Source of the DNA: Nitrosomonas sp.
GTDB taxonomy: Bacteria; Pseudomonadota; Gammaproteobacteria; Burkholderiales; Nitrosomonadaceae
Reading direction: 5' to 3'
Assembly (NCBI GenBank): GCA_020446045.1
Contig: JAGRFM010000074.1
Location: 7,451-71,450, forward strand
DNA length: 64,000 nt
Made by a program: the position numbers and the translations under genes. This document shows, one piece after another, positions 31,838 to 41,897 of this stretch (position 1 is its first letter; every line of letters starts with the position of its first letter). The notes under the pieces were generated by a model. It made no database searches. It was not told the origin of the DNA and saw only the letters and a program-made list of their open reading frames with translations.

Positions 31838-32632
31838 TTATTGAAATTCGTGTTCACTGGCAGGAAACTGATTGGTTTTAACAGCATTGACATAATCAGA
31901 TACTGCTTCCTGAATACTTCCAGCATTCGCCATAAAATTTTTAACAAATTTAGCTTTTTTACCTTGATATAATCCCAGCATATCATGAAGGACAAGAACT
32001 TGTGCTGAACATGCACGGCCTGCACCGATGCCGATTGATGGTATGGTTAAAATATCCGTAATCTGTTTAGCTAGTGTAGCCGGGATCATTTCCATCAGTA
32101 AAAAAGTTGCGCCGGATTGTTCAAGTATTTGTGCATCCTCAATCAGTTGCTTTTCCGCGCTATCGGTATTACCTTGAATTCTATAACCACCCAACTGATG
32201 AACTGATTGAGGTGTCAATCCAATATGTGCACAAACCGGAATGCCGCGTTGAGTCAGGAAATGAATGGTTTCCGCCATAATTTGACCCCCTTCGATTTTA
32301 ACCATTTGTGCTCCAGCAGCCAGAAGTTTAGTGGCATTGTCAAAAGTTTGTCCGGGAGATAATTGAGATGTTCCAAATGGCATATCGGCCATGATAAAAG
32401 CCTTTTCGGCACCCCGTGCAACGCAGCGTGTGTGGTAAATCATATTGTCCAGAGTCACTGATAGCGTTGTTGTTTCGCCTTGTATGACGTTACCGAGTGA
32501 GTCTCCGACCAAAAGAACGTCTATTCCGCAATTTTCAAGTATAGTGGCAAACAGTGCATCATAGCAGGTTAGTATCGCGAATTTCTCACCGTCTTGATAC
32601 ATTTTTTGGAGCGTTGTGATGGTGGTTTTCAT
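31838..32632 (-). CDS. panB: 3-methyl-2-oxobutanoate hydroxymethyltransferase
   Basis: LVGDSLG, VKIEGG, HIGLTPQSV, IGIGAG, QVLVLHDMLG. Confidence 0.97.
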   Translation of the reverse strand: MKTTITTLQKMYQDGEKFAILTCYDALFATILENCGIDVLLVGDSLGNVIQGETTTLSVTLDNMIYHTRCVARGAEKAFIMADMPFGTSQLSPGQTFDNATKLLAAGAQMVKIEGGQIMAETIHFLTQRGIPVCAHIGLTPQSVHQLGGYRIQGNTDSAEKQLIEDAQILEQSGATFLLMEMIPATLAKQITDILTIPSIGIGAGRACSAQVLVLHDMLGLYQGKKAKFVKNFMANAGSIQEAVSDYVNAVKTNQFPASEHEFQ

Positions 32633-32644
32633 TTATCAAGCAAC

Positions 32645-33196
32645 TTAAGGCTGTTTAAATTGAGATTTTACGGGCTTTAATTGAATAATATCCAGACGTT
32701 CTATAATCTGATCGGAACAACCAGCTAAATATTCCTTGATTTTACCATGTCCGGCAATTTCGCAATCGGGAGCGATTTCTAATAGTGGAAGCAAAACGAA
32801 TGCACGTTGTAACATACGCGGGTGAGGTAATATTAATTGCTTATGTTTCAATTGCAGGGCTCCATATAAGAGAACATCCAAATCCAGTGTGCGCGGCGCA
32901 TTCGGATATGAATCCGAATTGCGGATACGGCCATGTTGTTTTTCAATATTGAGTAATTTTTCCAGTAACTCTAAGGGTTGCAGTGCTGTTTCAATTTCAG
33001 TGACGGCATTGATAAAATCCGGTTGATCAATAAGGCCAATTGGCTCACTTTTATACAGCGACGATCTTTTCTGCACCGTTGTGTCTGGCAGCGCTGAGAG
33101 ATCAAGGTATGCCTGTTGAATATGAGAGACCGGATTTTCAAGATTACTGCCTAAAGCAATAAATGCCTGATTATATCGTCTTGTGGAATGCAGCAT
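32645..33196 (-). CDS. folK: 2-amino-4-hydroxy-6-hydroxymethyldihydropteridine diphosphokinase
   Basis: IALGSNL, QPDFINAV, PRTLDLDVL, LPHPRM..RAFVL.PL. Confidence 0.96.
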   Translation of the reverse strand: MLHSTRRYNQAFIALGSNLENPVSHIQQAYLDLSALPDTTVQKRSSLYKSEPIGLIDQPDFINAVTEIETALQPLELLEKLLNIEKQHGRIRNSDSYPNAPRTLDLDVLLYGALQLKHKQLILPHPRMLQRAFVLLPLLEIAPDCEIAGHGKIKEYLAGCSDQIIERLDIIQLKPVKSQFKQP

Positions 33197-33198
33197 AG

Positions 33199-34623
33199 TT
33201 AGGTTGCAGATTTTTCGAGACTATCAGACTTTCTTTTAACAGATTTATTTCTATTTCTATTTCTATTTCTGCGTTTTTTGTGATTAGATGGTTTGTTGAT
33301 CATTTTTTCACGCTGATCGGGATTAGCCGCAATAAAGTTTTTCCACCACAATGCAATATCTTCTGAAATTTCACCACTTTCTGAACGTAATAGCATAAAA
33401 TCAAAAGCTGCACGAAAGCGTGGATGATTCAGTAAACGAAAGGGTTTACGTCCGACCAAAGATTCAAAACGAGGTTGCAAAATCCATATTTCCTGGATCG
33501 TAGCACTGAATCGTCTTGGGATAGCCAAGTTTTTTTGCTGCGTGGCAAGTACATCATCTATCGCTTTGAATAAGGCAATAGCAGGTTTATCGCCATTTAT
33601 CTTGTAGTTTTTCCAGCCGGCCAACACTTCATGCCATAATAATGAGGCAAATAGGAATGCGGGTGAAACATGTTTTTCTTGCTGTAGTCTGTCATCGGTG
33701 TTTTTCAAAGCGAGTGTTATGAAACGTTCACCGAGCGGTTGTTCCAGAATGACATCAAGCATGGGAAGTAAGCCATGGTGCAATCCCCTGGCACGTAAAT
33801 CCACTACGCAAGCTAAAGAGTGACCGGATAGTAGCAGTTTTAGCATTTCATCGAATAGTCTCGCTGTTGGCACATTTTTTAATAAAGGCGCCAGATCTCC
33901 AATGGCATTTGCAGTTGGCGGGTCGATTTGCATGCCGAGCTTTGCTGCAAGCCGAACGGCTCTGAGCATACGAACAGGATCTTCCCGATAGCGTTTGACG
34001 GGGTCACCAATTATCCGTAGTGTTTTGGAATCGATGTCTTCATAACCGTTTAGATAATCATGAATTTCTTCCGACGAAGGATCATAAAAAAGAGCATTCA
34101 TTGTAAAATCCCGCCGCAAGGCATCTTCTTCCTGACTGCCGAAAATATTATCCTGTAATAATCGTCCATGCTGATCGGTTATATTTTTGGAATTCTGTTC
34201 TTTTTCGTTAGTGGGGAAAGGGCCACGGAATGTCGAAACTTCTACAGTTTCTGGACCACACATGACATGGACAAGGCGAAACCGTTTACCAATAATCCGT
34301 GCGCGCCTGAATTTGGAACGGGCTTGTTCGGGGGTAGCATTTGTTGCAACATCGAAATCTTTTGGTTCCCTTCCAAGCAACAAATCCCTGACGGCCCCAC
34401 CGACGATATATGCAGAAAAACCAGATTTTTGGAGTTCTTGAGTTATTTTCAAAGCGCAGGAGCTAATCTGTTTGCGATGAATACCATGCTGTTTAACGGG
34501 TATGATATGAAGCAACGTGTTTGAGTTGTCGGAATCGACAGCTGTTTTTTTTCGTTTAAAAACCTTTTGGATAAATTTTCGTATCATCGCGAAATACTGA
34601 AAGCACTGTTTAAGATTATACAC
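33199..34623 (-). CDS. pcnB: poly(A) polymerase I (true start probably MIRKFIQ)
   Basis: VGGAVRDLLLG..PKDFDVAT, IGKRFRLVHV, RRDFTMNAL, EDPVRMLRA, HPRFRAAFDF. Confidence 0.95.
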   Translation of the reverse strand: MYNLKQCFQYFAMIRKFIQKVFKRKKTAVDSDNSNTLLHIIPVKQHGIHRKQISSCALKITQELQKSGFSAYIVGGAVRDLLLGREPKDFDVATNATPEQARSKFRRARIIGKRFRLVHVMCGPETVEVSTFRGPFPTNEKEQNSKNITDQHGRLLQDNIFGSQEEDALRRDFTMNALFYDPSSEEIHDYLNGYEDIDSKTLRIIGDPVKRYREDPVRMLRAVRLAAKLGMQIDPPTANAIGDLAPLLKNVPTARLFDEMLKLLLSGHSLACVVDLRARGLHHGLLPMLDVILEQPLGERFITLALKNTDDRLQQEKHVSPAFLFASLLWHEVLAGWKNYKINGDKPAIALFKAIDDVLATQQKNLAIPRRFSATIQEIWILQPRFESLVGRKPFRLLNHPRFRAAFDFMLLRSESGEISEDIALWWKNFIAANPDQREKMINKPSNHKKRRNRNRNRNKSVKRKSDSLEKSAT

Positions 34624-34865
34624 TGACTGACCGGATCATCGGCGTTGTCTGTTAAATACATAATTAACATAAATTATGTAGCTATACCGGAATTAAATAT
34701 AGAAGATATAGCGGTAACCAATATTTGTGCACAAAGGCGTCAAAGTCAAAATTGTGGCGGAAAACAAATCATCAAAATTAGTGAAGGTTTTGCGATAGGT
34801 GGATATGATATTCAGGAAGTTAGTGAAATAAAAACCATTTCATTTGTTTGACAGGATATTAATCG

Positions 34866-35606
34866 CTATGCGGCAAATTGAATATCACCAACAATCGGTA
34901 GTTTTATGATCCAGGGGTTCATTGCAATTCCAAAAGTCAGTCCGAGCAGATTGAATTCAAATCCTTCCACACGACTAAAAACGAAACCGAATAAACCGAA
35001 AATCGAAAACTGAAAACCACTTCCACTGGGTGGCCTGGCAAATAAACGATATCCTAAATAATCTTTTCCGATAGCGGTGGATGGCAAATTCAGTTCCAAT
35101 TCCGGAACTGCACGCGCAATCCATGCAGTAAACGTGTTGGAATTAGGGCCCGGCCACATGGTATATCTTTTTGAATAGGGATAGGTTTGTGCAGCCAGAT
35201 CTATGCGTTCAATCAGTTCGTCAGCGTCTTTTCCGCGTTTATCTGCAAGAATAACCGGTACATTACCGAACCAGTACCTGTCAGGAATTTGGTCATAGAT
35301 TGTCAATACAGGTAATCGGCTTCTCTGTCGCCAGCCTAACACTTCATAGATCGTAAAACTATGAGCATTCTCCGGTTTTACGGCAATCCATGTATGTATG
35401 CCAAAATAACCGCGCCAGCTAAATGCACGTGCACCGTAAACCTGTACTATCGCTTCTGGCGTTGTTACAGGATCTGGGGCTAAGCCAGCCGATACGCGGC
35501 TGGCGGTACGCCATTTGGCCTGAACGTCTCCGGTAAAACCGATAGATAATGAAATGCTGAATAAAAGACAGACGAGAACTTTGTGTTGAATTGATGATAG
35601 CTGCAT
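34866..35606 (-). CDS. DUF3750-like exported protein
   Basis: WRTASR.SAGLAPDP, AIVQVYGAR...RGYFGIHTWI, WPGPNSNTF, LPSTAIGKDY match my recollection of DUF3750. Confidence 0.7.
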   Translation of the reverse strand: MQLSSIQHKVLVCLLFSISLSIGFTGDVQAKWRTASRVSAGLAPDPVTTPEAIVQVYGARAFSWRGYFGIHTWIAVKPENAHSFTIYEVLGWRQRSRLPVLTIYDQIPDRYWFGNVPVILADKRGKDADELIERIDLAAQTYPYSKRYTMWPGPNSNTFTAWIARAVPELELNLPSTAIGKDYLGYRLFARPPSGSGFQFSIFGLFGFVFSRVEGFEFNLLGLTFGIAMNPWIIKLPIVGDIQFAA

Positions 35607-35703
35607 TTTCTAAAATGAGTGAAACGAAAATCAACACATTCGATTGCGATATTTGTGATAATGGATTCTTATAACAGTATCATATTGATAAATTATTAGA
35701 ATG

Positions 35704-36591
35704 TTAATCGTATTCTGAAAAAGCAATTATCGCATGACGATGAACAATGCCGGGTTGATAAGGATGTGTTGTTTTTGGGTATTTAACCTGAATTTTCTCT
35801 ACATAGTTTTTCGTTTCTGAAAATGGCGGTATTCCCTGGTATTTTTCCACAGCTCCTTCTCCGGCGTTATAGGCAGCAACAGTCAGGACAACATCACCTT
35901 TAAAAAATGCCAAGAGCCAGCGAAGATAGGCCATCCCGCCTTTAATATTTTCTTCAGGATCAAAAGCATTTTTCACTTGAAAACGTTCGGCTGTTTCCGG
36001 GATCAGCTGCATGAGACCTTGTGCATTTTTGTGTGATATAGCTTGAGGATTAAAAGCAGATTCAACGGTAATAATTGCCATGACAAGCGCTGGGTCAAGA
36101 TGATATTGAGGTGCAAGTTTTTGTACCAGATCAAAATAAGGTTTTTCAGAATATTCAAAAATATTTATTCCTGTATAGGTTTGTATGCACTCCGGAAATA
36201 TGGGTTCAATGGTTGAATCCAAGTAGCGTAACATTTTGGTAGCATGTTTGTGACCCCGTTCCACTGCCATGTTAAACAACTGAGCAGCAATACCATCATT
36301 TCTTGGCACACCTCGTCCATTGGCATACATCCAACCCAATGCAAAAATGGCTTCATCATGGCCCAGGTTGATTGCTTCGCAATAGAGTTCGGCTGCTTTG
36401 CTGTAATCCCTTGGTAATCCTTCGGCGTGCTCATGTTGTTTAGCCAATGCATAGATTGCTTTGGCTTCATCGATTGGATTTTGGTTTTGCAGCGCATTTA
36501 TTTCTGTTTGAATATTACCCGCTACAAGAGCACTTCCCGGAATAACAAGAAAAATGATTAACAAGCGTTGTATTAATTTTTTTAAATGCAT
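35704..36591 (-). CDS. Sel1-repeat plus SLT lytic transglycosylase
   Basis: Signal peptide; LGWMYANGRGV Sel1 repeat; AIITVESAFNP, S.KNAQGLMQL and AAYNAG SLT motifs. Confidence 0.9.
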   Translation of the reverse strand: MHLKKLIQRLLIIFLVIPGSALVAGNIQTEINALQNQNPIDEAKAIYALAKQHEHAEGLPRDYSKAAELYCEAINLGHDEAIFALGWMYANGRGVPRNDGIAAQLFNMAVERGHKHATKMLRYLDSTIEPIFPECIQTYTGINIFEYSEKPYFDLVQKLAPQYHLDPALVMAIITVESAFNPQAISHKNAQGLMQLIPETAERFQVKNAFDPEENIKGGMAYLRWLLAFFKGDVVLTVAAYNAGEGAVEKYQGIPPFSETKNYVEKIQVKYPKTTHPYQPGIVHRHAIIAFSEYD

Positions 36592-36933
36592 GACAGATTC
36601 AATTTACTTATAAGATAAATATTAGAGCAGTCTATACGAAATTCCCATATATTTTATATAAAGCAAAAATTATGCCTATTATAAAGTGATTATATATCAG
36701 ATGGTTATTAATGTGCTGTTGAAATCTTGGTAAATGTGTAAAAAAAACCGACAGTTTTCCGCGATTAACAAAGCTGTCTATTGATGGAATTGAACCTGAA
36801 CCGGAAACATCTGGAATATGTAAACAATTCTTTTGTGCTTGACGGTAGCAATAATTAGTCAAATAATCCGTGCATAGTGTTGTTTAACACAGGGATTGAA
36901 ATTTTTCGGCTGTTAGTTTTCGGAGTGATTGAA

Positions 36934-37707
36934 ATGCTTTACTGGCAACTTAGTTTTTTAAAGTTTTCAATACTTTTTCTGCTAGGGATCAATCATTCCA
37001 TTTTAGCCCAGACAGTATCGGACATTTTTCCGGAAGAATACCGGCAAAAAATTGATAGTGCGGTTTTGCGCAATGCAGTGGATAGACCTGCACTACAAGC
37101 AACGATTGAATGGATTAAACAACTTGCACAGAGCACTCAGGATCCTGTCATCTTGGCTGAGCTGGCGCGTTTGGAGTGTGCAAATGCGGAAGTTGAAACC
37201 CAAAAGAGCAAACGTTTGGCGTTTTATAAAAATTGTATCGATACAGCCGACCAGGCGTTAGCGGAAAACGCCAATGAAGTCGTGGCGTTGTACTGGAAAG
37301 CTGTTGCCATGGGAAAACTCAGTGAAAAAATGAGTATCTTGGATGCATTACGTATGACACGGTCAATGGAAAATTTATTTTTACGCGTGATCGCTTTGGA
37401 TGAAAATTACGACAACGCCGGTGGCCACAAAGCATTGGGCCGTATATACCATCAATTACCCGGTTTCCCGATCAGTTTTGGAAATAATGAAAAGGCGTTA
37501 TTTCATCTTAGAAGAGCATACGAGTTATTTCCGGAAGACATCATTACGCGGGCTTTTTATGCTGAAATTCTTATGGATCTCGACGAAAAACAAGAAGCAT
37601 TACGGCATGCAGAATTTATTTTAGCGGCGCCGATTGAAGCGGAAAACAGATTTCGATACAGGGAATTTGTCGAAATAGCGCGGAATATAATCAGGAAAAA
37701 TTTGTAA
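36934..37707 (+). CDS. exported TPR protein, TatT-like
   Basis: ATG 36934 with GGAG RBS and signal peptide; helical repeats; YDNAGGHKALGRIYHQLPGFPISFGNNEKAL resembles TRAP-associated TatT proteins. Confidence 0.55.
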   Translation: MLYWQLSFLKFSILFLLGINHSILAQTVSDIFPEEYRQKIDSAVLRNAVDRPALQATIEWIKQLAQSTQDPVILAELARLECANAEVETQKSKRLAFYKNCIDTADQALAENANEVVALYWKAVAMGKLSEKMSILDALRMTRSMENLFLRVIALDENYDNAGGHKALGRIYHQLPGFPISFGNNEKALFHLRRAYELFPEDIITRAFYAEILMDLDEKQEALRHAEFILAAPIEAENRFRYREFVEIARNIIRKNL

Positions 37708-37800
37708 AAGAAACATTGGCAACATATTACTTTGCATTTAACTGGCAGGATCAAGTAATATTTCCATATGGTTTAAGAAAAATTTTGGAAATCCTTCTGT

Positions 37801-39234
37801 ATGGGCAATGAAATACCCTCCAGTCACTTTCGTGACGAGGATGTTGAAAACTTTAATTCACGATTGCATCAGGAAACAGCGTTAATTACGGAATGGTTTG
37901 CACAAAACCGCTTTGCACCTGAACAAAGAATGTTCGGTTACGAATTGGAGGCTTGGTTGATAGATAAAAACCATCAACCGTCCCCCGTCAACGAACGGTT
38001 TTTGAAAACACTCAATCACCCTTTGGTTGTACATGAACTTGCCAGTTTTAATGTCGAACTGAACAGTCTGCCGCAACATCTGAGTGGAAATGTTTTCAGC
38101 GACATGCAAAGAAATCTGAAACAAATTTACGACATTTGTCGCAAACATGCGCAACTGCTCAATTCAGATCTGTTGGCGATTGGTATTTTACCTACCGTCA
38201 AGGAAGTTGATCTTACACTTAAAAATATGTCCAATTCTTCACGTTACCGTGCACTGAATGAACAGGTTCTACGATTAAGGAATGGGCGACCATTACAGAT
38301 CAATATCAAGGGGAATGATCATCTAAGAATACAACATGATGACGTTATGCTCGAAGCGGCGGCGACTTCCTTTCAGTTGCATTTACAAGTTCCGCTACAG
38401 TTGGCTACGCGTTATTACAATGCGGCAATTATGTTATCCGGCGCCATGGTCGCGGCAACGGGGAATGCACCGTTTTTATTTGGTAAGCAATTATGGGAAG
38501 AAACAAGGATTCCCTTGTTTGAGCAGGCAGTATCCGTTGGCGGGCATGATAGTGCAGACAAAGGGGGTTTTAAACGCGTTTTCTTTGGCACGGGTTATGC
38601 AAAAGATTGCTTGTTAGAATGTTTTCAGGAAAACCTACACTATTTTCCAGCCATTTTACCGGTTTTATTTGATCAGCCGCCAGAGCAACTACCGCATTTA
38701 CGGTTGCATAACGGAACGATTTGGCGTTGGAACAGGCCTTTGATAGGCTTTGATGAACAGGGTGTGCCTCATTTACGTATTGAACACCGAGTGATATCGG
38801 CTGGCCCAAGTGTTATCGATACCGTTGCCAATGCCGCATTGTTTACCGGTGCTGTGAAAAGCCTGGTTGAATTGCAGCATCCACCAGAAATGGAACTGGC
38901 ATTCAATCATGCACGGCATAATTTTTATCAGGCTGCACGTTTGGGACTAGCCGCCGATTTCTACTGGCTTAATGATCAACATGTGAATGCAAAGGATTTT
39001 CTATTGCAATATTTAATCCCAACGGCACGAGTTGGCCTTGAACAACTCGACATTGACAGTCGTGATATTCGTTTTTATTTAGATATTATTGAACAGCGGG
39101 TAAAGACAGGGCAGACCGGCACACAATGGCAACAGCGATATGCCGCACTACATGACAATGATATGCAAGCGTTGACTGCAACCTATGCAAAATTGCAGCA
39201 AAGCGGAAAACCGGTGCATGAATGGCCGGTTTGA
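37801..39234 (+). CDS. glutamate-cysteine ligase (GCS2)-fold carboxylate-amine ligase
   Basis: GYELEAWL, HELASFNVELN, EAAATSFQLH, HNGTIWRWNRP and RIEHR metal/ATP motifs of the GS/GCS fold. Confidence 0.7.
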   Translation: MGNEIPSSHFRDEDVENFNSRLHQETALITEWFAQNRFAPEQRMFGYELEAWLIDKNHQPSPVNERFLKTLNHPLVVHELASFNVELNSLPQHLSGNVFSDMQRNLKQIYDICRKHAQLLNSDLLAIGILPTVKEVDLTLKNMSNSSRYRALNEQVLRLRNGRPLQINIKGNDHLRIQHDDVMLEAAATSFQLHLQVPLQLATRYYNAAIMLSGAMVAATGNAPFLFGKQLWEETRIPLFEQAVSVGGHDSADKGGFKRVFFGTGYAKDCLLECFQENLHYFPAILPVLFDQPPEQLPHLRLHNGTIWRWNRPLIGFDEQGVPHLRIEHRVISAGPSVIDTVANAALFTGAVKSLVELQHPPEMELAFNHARHNFYQAARLGLAADFYWLNDQHVNAKDFLLQYLIPTARVGLEQLDIDSRDIRFYLDIIEQRVKTGQTGTQWQQRYAALHDNDMQALTATYAKLQQSGKPVHEWPV

Positions 39235-39335
39235 TGAAAATGATTTATACAGATGATATAGCACGTGTTTTCTTCGACTCAGGGGTTATTTCTGTAGGTT
39301 ATGATTGATTCGTGAAATTTACCTTATAAAAATAA

Positions 39336-40418
39336 TTGAATAAAGAAAAAATGTTAACCATTCGACAGGATATACCCGAAGGATTGCTGGATCTACAATC
39401 CCATGAATTATATAAAAAACTTGACGGTCCAACACTGTTTCAATTGCCAGGAAGGCGTACACAACCGATTTTCATGTCAGTCTTATTGCATGGTAACGAG
39501 CCTGTTGGATGGAATGCGATACGCGATATTCTTTATCATCACAAAAACGAATTACCGCGAGCACTTTCCCTGTTTGTTGGAAATGTAGAAGCAGCGCGTT
39601 ACCATCAAAGACATTTAGAAAGCCAACCGGATTTTAATCGTATTTGGCCTGCTGTTAGTGACGATAAAAAACCGGTAAAAAGGGATAGCGGTTTGCCCGA
39701 AGAGGTTATGGCCGAACAGGTTTTTCAAGTTATGGCAGCGTCTAATCTTTTCGCCAGTGTTGATGTTCATAATAATACAGGTTTAAACCCACATTATGCC
39801 TGTGTTAATAAATTAGACGCCCAGTTTCTACATCTGGCTACGCTGTTTGATAGAACAGTCATTTATTTTACGCGTCCGCAAGGCGTGCAATCGCTTGCAT
39901 TTTCCAAGTTGGCCCCATCGGTGACGTTGGAGTGCGGTCAACCCGATAATCCTCAAGGTGTAGCTCATGCGATAGAATATTTAACGGCCTGTCTGAAACT
40001 GTCAGAAATTCCGACACATCAGGTTGCCAAACATGATATTGAATTATTTCACACCGTAGCCGTTGTCCGTGTTGCACCCGGGGTTGAAGTGGGATTCAAG
40101 GACGATGGATACGATTTGCGTTTGATCGATAATATTGATCACTTGAATTTCCGTGAATTACCTTCCAATACCGTAATCGGTTGGCAAAAAAATCATCATT
40201 CACTTGCTTTGAAGACTTCTGATGAGCAGGACCAGGAGGTCTCTTCGGATTATTTTTATCTGGATGACAATGTACTTAAAATAAACCGTCCTGTTATGCC
40301 TTCTATGTTAACGCGGAATACTCGGGTTATTCACCAGGATTGCTTGTGCTATCTTATGGAACGTTTGTCGCTGCCTGAAGCCGTAGTCGAACAGGATGCC
40401 GACAATATAAGCCATTGA
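39336..40418 (+). CDS. M14-like metallopeptidase (AstE/aspartoacylase family)
   Basis: LLHGNE, DFNRIW, VDVHNN and TLECG motifs. Confidence 0.85.
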   Translation: MNKEKMLTIRQDIPEGLLDLQSHELYKKLDGPTLFQLPGRRTQPIFMSVLLHGNEPVGWNAIRDILYHHKNELPRALSLFVGNVEAARYHQRHLESQPDFNRIWPAVSDDKKPVKRDSGLPEEVMAEQVFQVMAASNLFASVDVHNNTGLNPHYACVNKLDAQFLHLATLFDRTVIYFTRPQGVQSLAFSKLAPSVTLECGQPDNPQGVAHAIEYLTACLKLSEIPTHQVAKHDIELFHTVAVVRVAPGVEVGFKDDGYDLRLIDNIDHLNFRELPSNTVIGWQKNHHSLALKTSDEQDQEVSSDYFYLDDNVLKINRPVMPSMLTRNTRVIHQDCLCYLMERLSLPEAVVEQDADNISH

Positions 40419-40459
40419 TTATAAATGTTAATGGAAAACAAAGTCGAAAGAGCTGTTTT

Positions 40460-41104
40460 TTAATCCATAACACCATATTCGTTGCGGTAGCATTGGATTG
40501 CGTCGCGGTAAGTTGCCAATTGATCGTGGTGTAAAAGAAAGTCAATCAGGTCATTCAAATTAATGATACTGATAACAGGAATACCATGAGCAGTGTTGAC
40601 TTCTTGAACAGCCGATAACGTTCCCGTACCGCGTTCCATCCGGTCAAGTGCAATCACAACGCCACAAGGTGAAGCATTGGCGCTAGTAATTAATTCAACC
40701 GATTCGCGGACAGATGTACCAGCCGAGATAACATCATCGACAATTAATACTTGACCCGTCAGTGGTGCGCCAACATGTATGCCGCCTTCGCCGTGATCTT
40801 TGACTTCCTTGCGGTTAAAGCAGAATGGATAATTGTGGCCCATTTCAGCGAGTGCGATAGCAATGGAACTGACAAGCGGTATTCCTTTGTACGCTGGGCC
40901 GAACAACATATCAAACGGTAATCCGGCAGCAAGTATGGCTTTCGCGTAAAATTGCCCTAATCGACGCAGCGAATCGCCATCATTGAACAAACCGGCATTG
41001 AAAAAATAGGGAGACATACGTCCCGCTTTGGTCTTAAACTCACCAAAACATAATACTTTGCGCGCAATGGCAAATTCGATAAAGTCTCGTTTATAGTTGG
41101 ACAT
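40460..41104 (-). CDS. pyrE: orotate phosphoribosyltransferase
   Basis: SPYFFNAG, GPAYKGIP, FNRKE.KDHGEGG, IVDDVISAGT; ATG at 41104. Confidence 0.97.
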   Translation of the reverse strand: MSNYKRDFIEFAIARKVLCFGEFKTKAGRMSPYFFNAGLFNDGDSLRRLGQFYAKAILAAGLPFDMLFGPAYKGIPLVSSIAIALAEMGHNYPFCFNRKEVKDHGEGGIHVGAPLTGQVLIVDDVISAGTSVRESVELITSANASPCGVVIALDRMERGTGTLSAVQEVNTAHGIPVISIINLNDLIDFLLHHDQLATYRDAIQCYRNEYGVMD

Positions 41105-41126
41105 AACTAAACAGAATGAAAAAACA

Positions 41127-41897
41127 ATGCAAATTATAACGCTTAATGTCAATGGGGTGCGTGCTGCGTCCAGAAAAGGTTTTTTTGAATGGTTACCGGA
41201 ACAAAATGCGGATATTATTTGTGTACAAGAACTTAAAGCACAATATTCTGACCTGACAAATGAAATTCTTGCACCGGATGGATACTATGGTTATTTTCAT
41301 TTCGCTCAGAAAAAAGGGTATAGCGGGGTCGGCATTTATTGCCGTGAAAGACCGGATAATGTTGTTGAGGGTATCGGAATTGATGAAATCGATATTGAAG
41401 GCCGCTTTCTACGGGCTGATTTCGGAGATTTAAGCGTCGTTTCACTTTATTTGCCGTCCGGTTCGAGCGGTGATCACCGGCAGGCTTCAAAATTCTTTTT
41501 TCTCGATCATTTTTTTCCATTTCTTCAGACATTAATTGAAGAAGGCCGACATATTATTTTATGCGGCGATTGGAATATTGCACATAAAGAAATCGATTTG
41601 AAAAACTGGAGGAGCAATCAAAAAAATTCCGGTTTTTTGCCTGAAGAACGTGCATGGTTGACACGCGTCTTTGATGAAATCGGTTATGTCGATGTATTCA
41701 GAAAATTAAGTCCTGAGCCCGATCAATATACCTGGTGGTCAAACCGGGGACAGGCTTGGGCAAAGAATGTCGGCTGGCGTATCGATTACCAGATTGCTAC
41801 ACCTGAAATGGCTGCAAAAGCCCATGAAGTGGCAATCTATAAAGAATCCCGTTTCTCTGACCATGCTCCGTTAATTATTCACTACGATAACATTTGA
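41127..41897 (+). CDS. xth: exodeoxyribonuclease III / AP endonuclease
   Basis: NVNGVRA, VQELK, GDWNIAH, YTWWSNRG, GWRIDY, SDHAP. Confidence 0.95.
   Translation: MQIITLNVNGVRAASRKGFFEWLPEQNADIICVQELKAQYSDLTNEILAPDGYYGYFHFAQKKGYSGVGIYCRERPDNVVEGIGIDEIDIEGRFLRADFGDLSVVSLYLPSGSSGDHRQASKFFFLDHFFPFLQTLIEEGRHIILCGDWNIAHKEIDLKNWRSNQKNSGFLPEERAWLTRVFDEIGYVDVFRKLSPEPDQYTWWSNRGQAWAKNVGWRIDYQIATPEMAAKAHEVAIYKESRFSDHAPLIIHYDNI

Noticed and set aside
33246-33270. (TTTCTA)n microsatellite in pcnB
   Set aside because: In-frame hexamer encoding RNRNRN in the normally low-complexity basic tail; not a phase-variation tract.
36632-36862. 76-aa minus-strand ORF between the SLT and TPR genes
   Set aside because: AT-rich promoter-like DNA with no motif or RBS; probably spurious.
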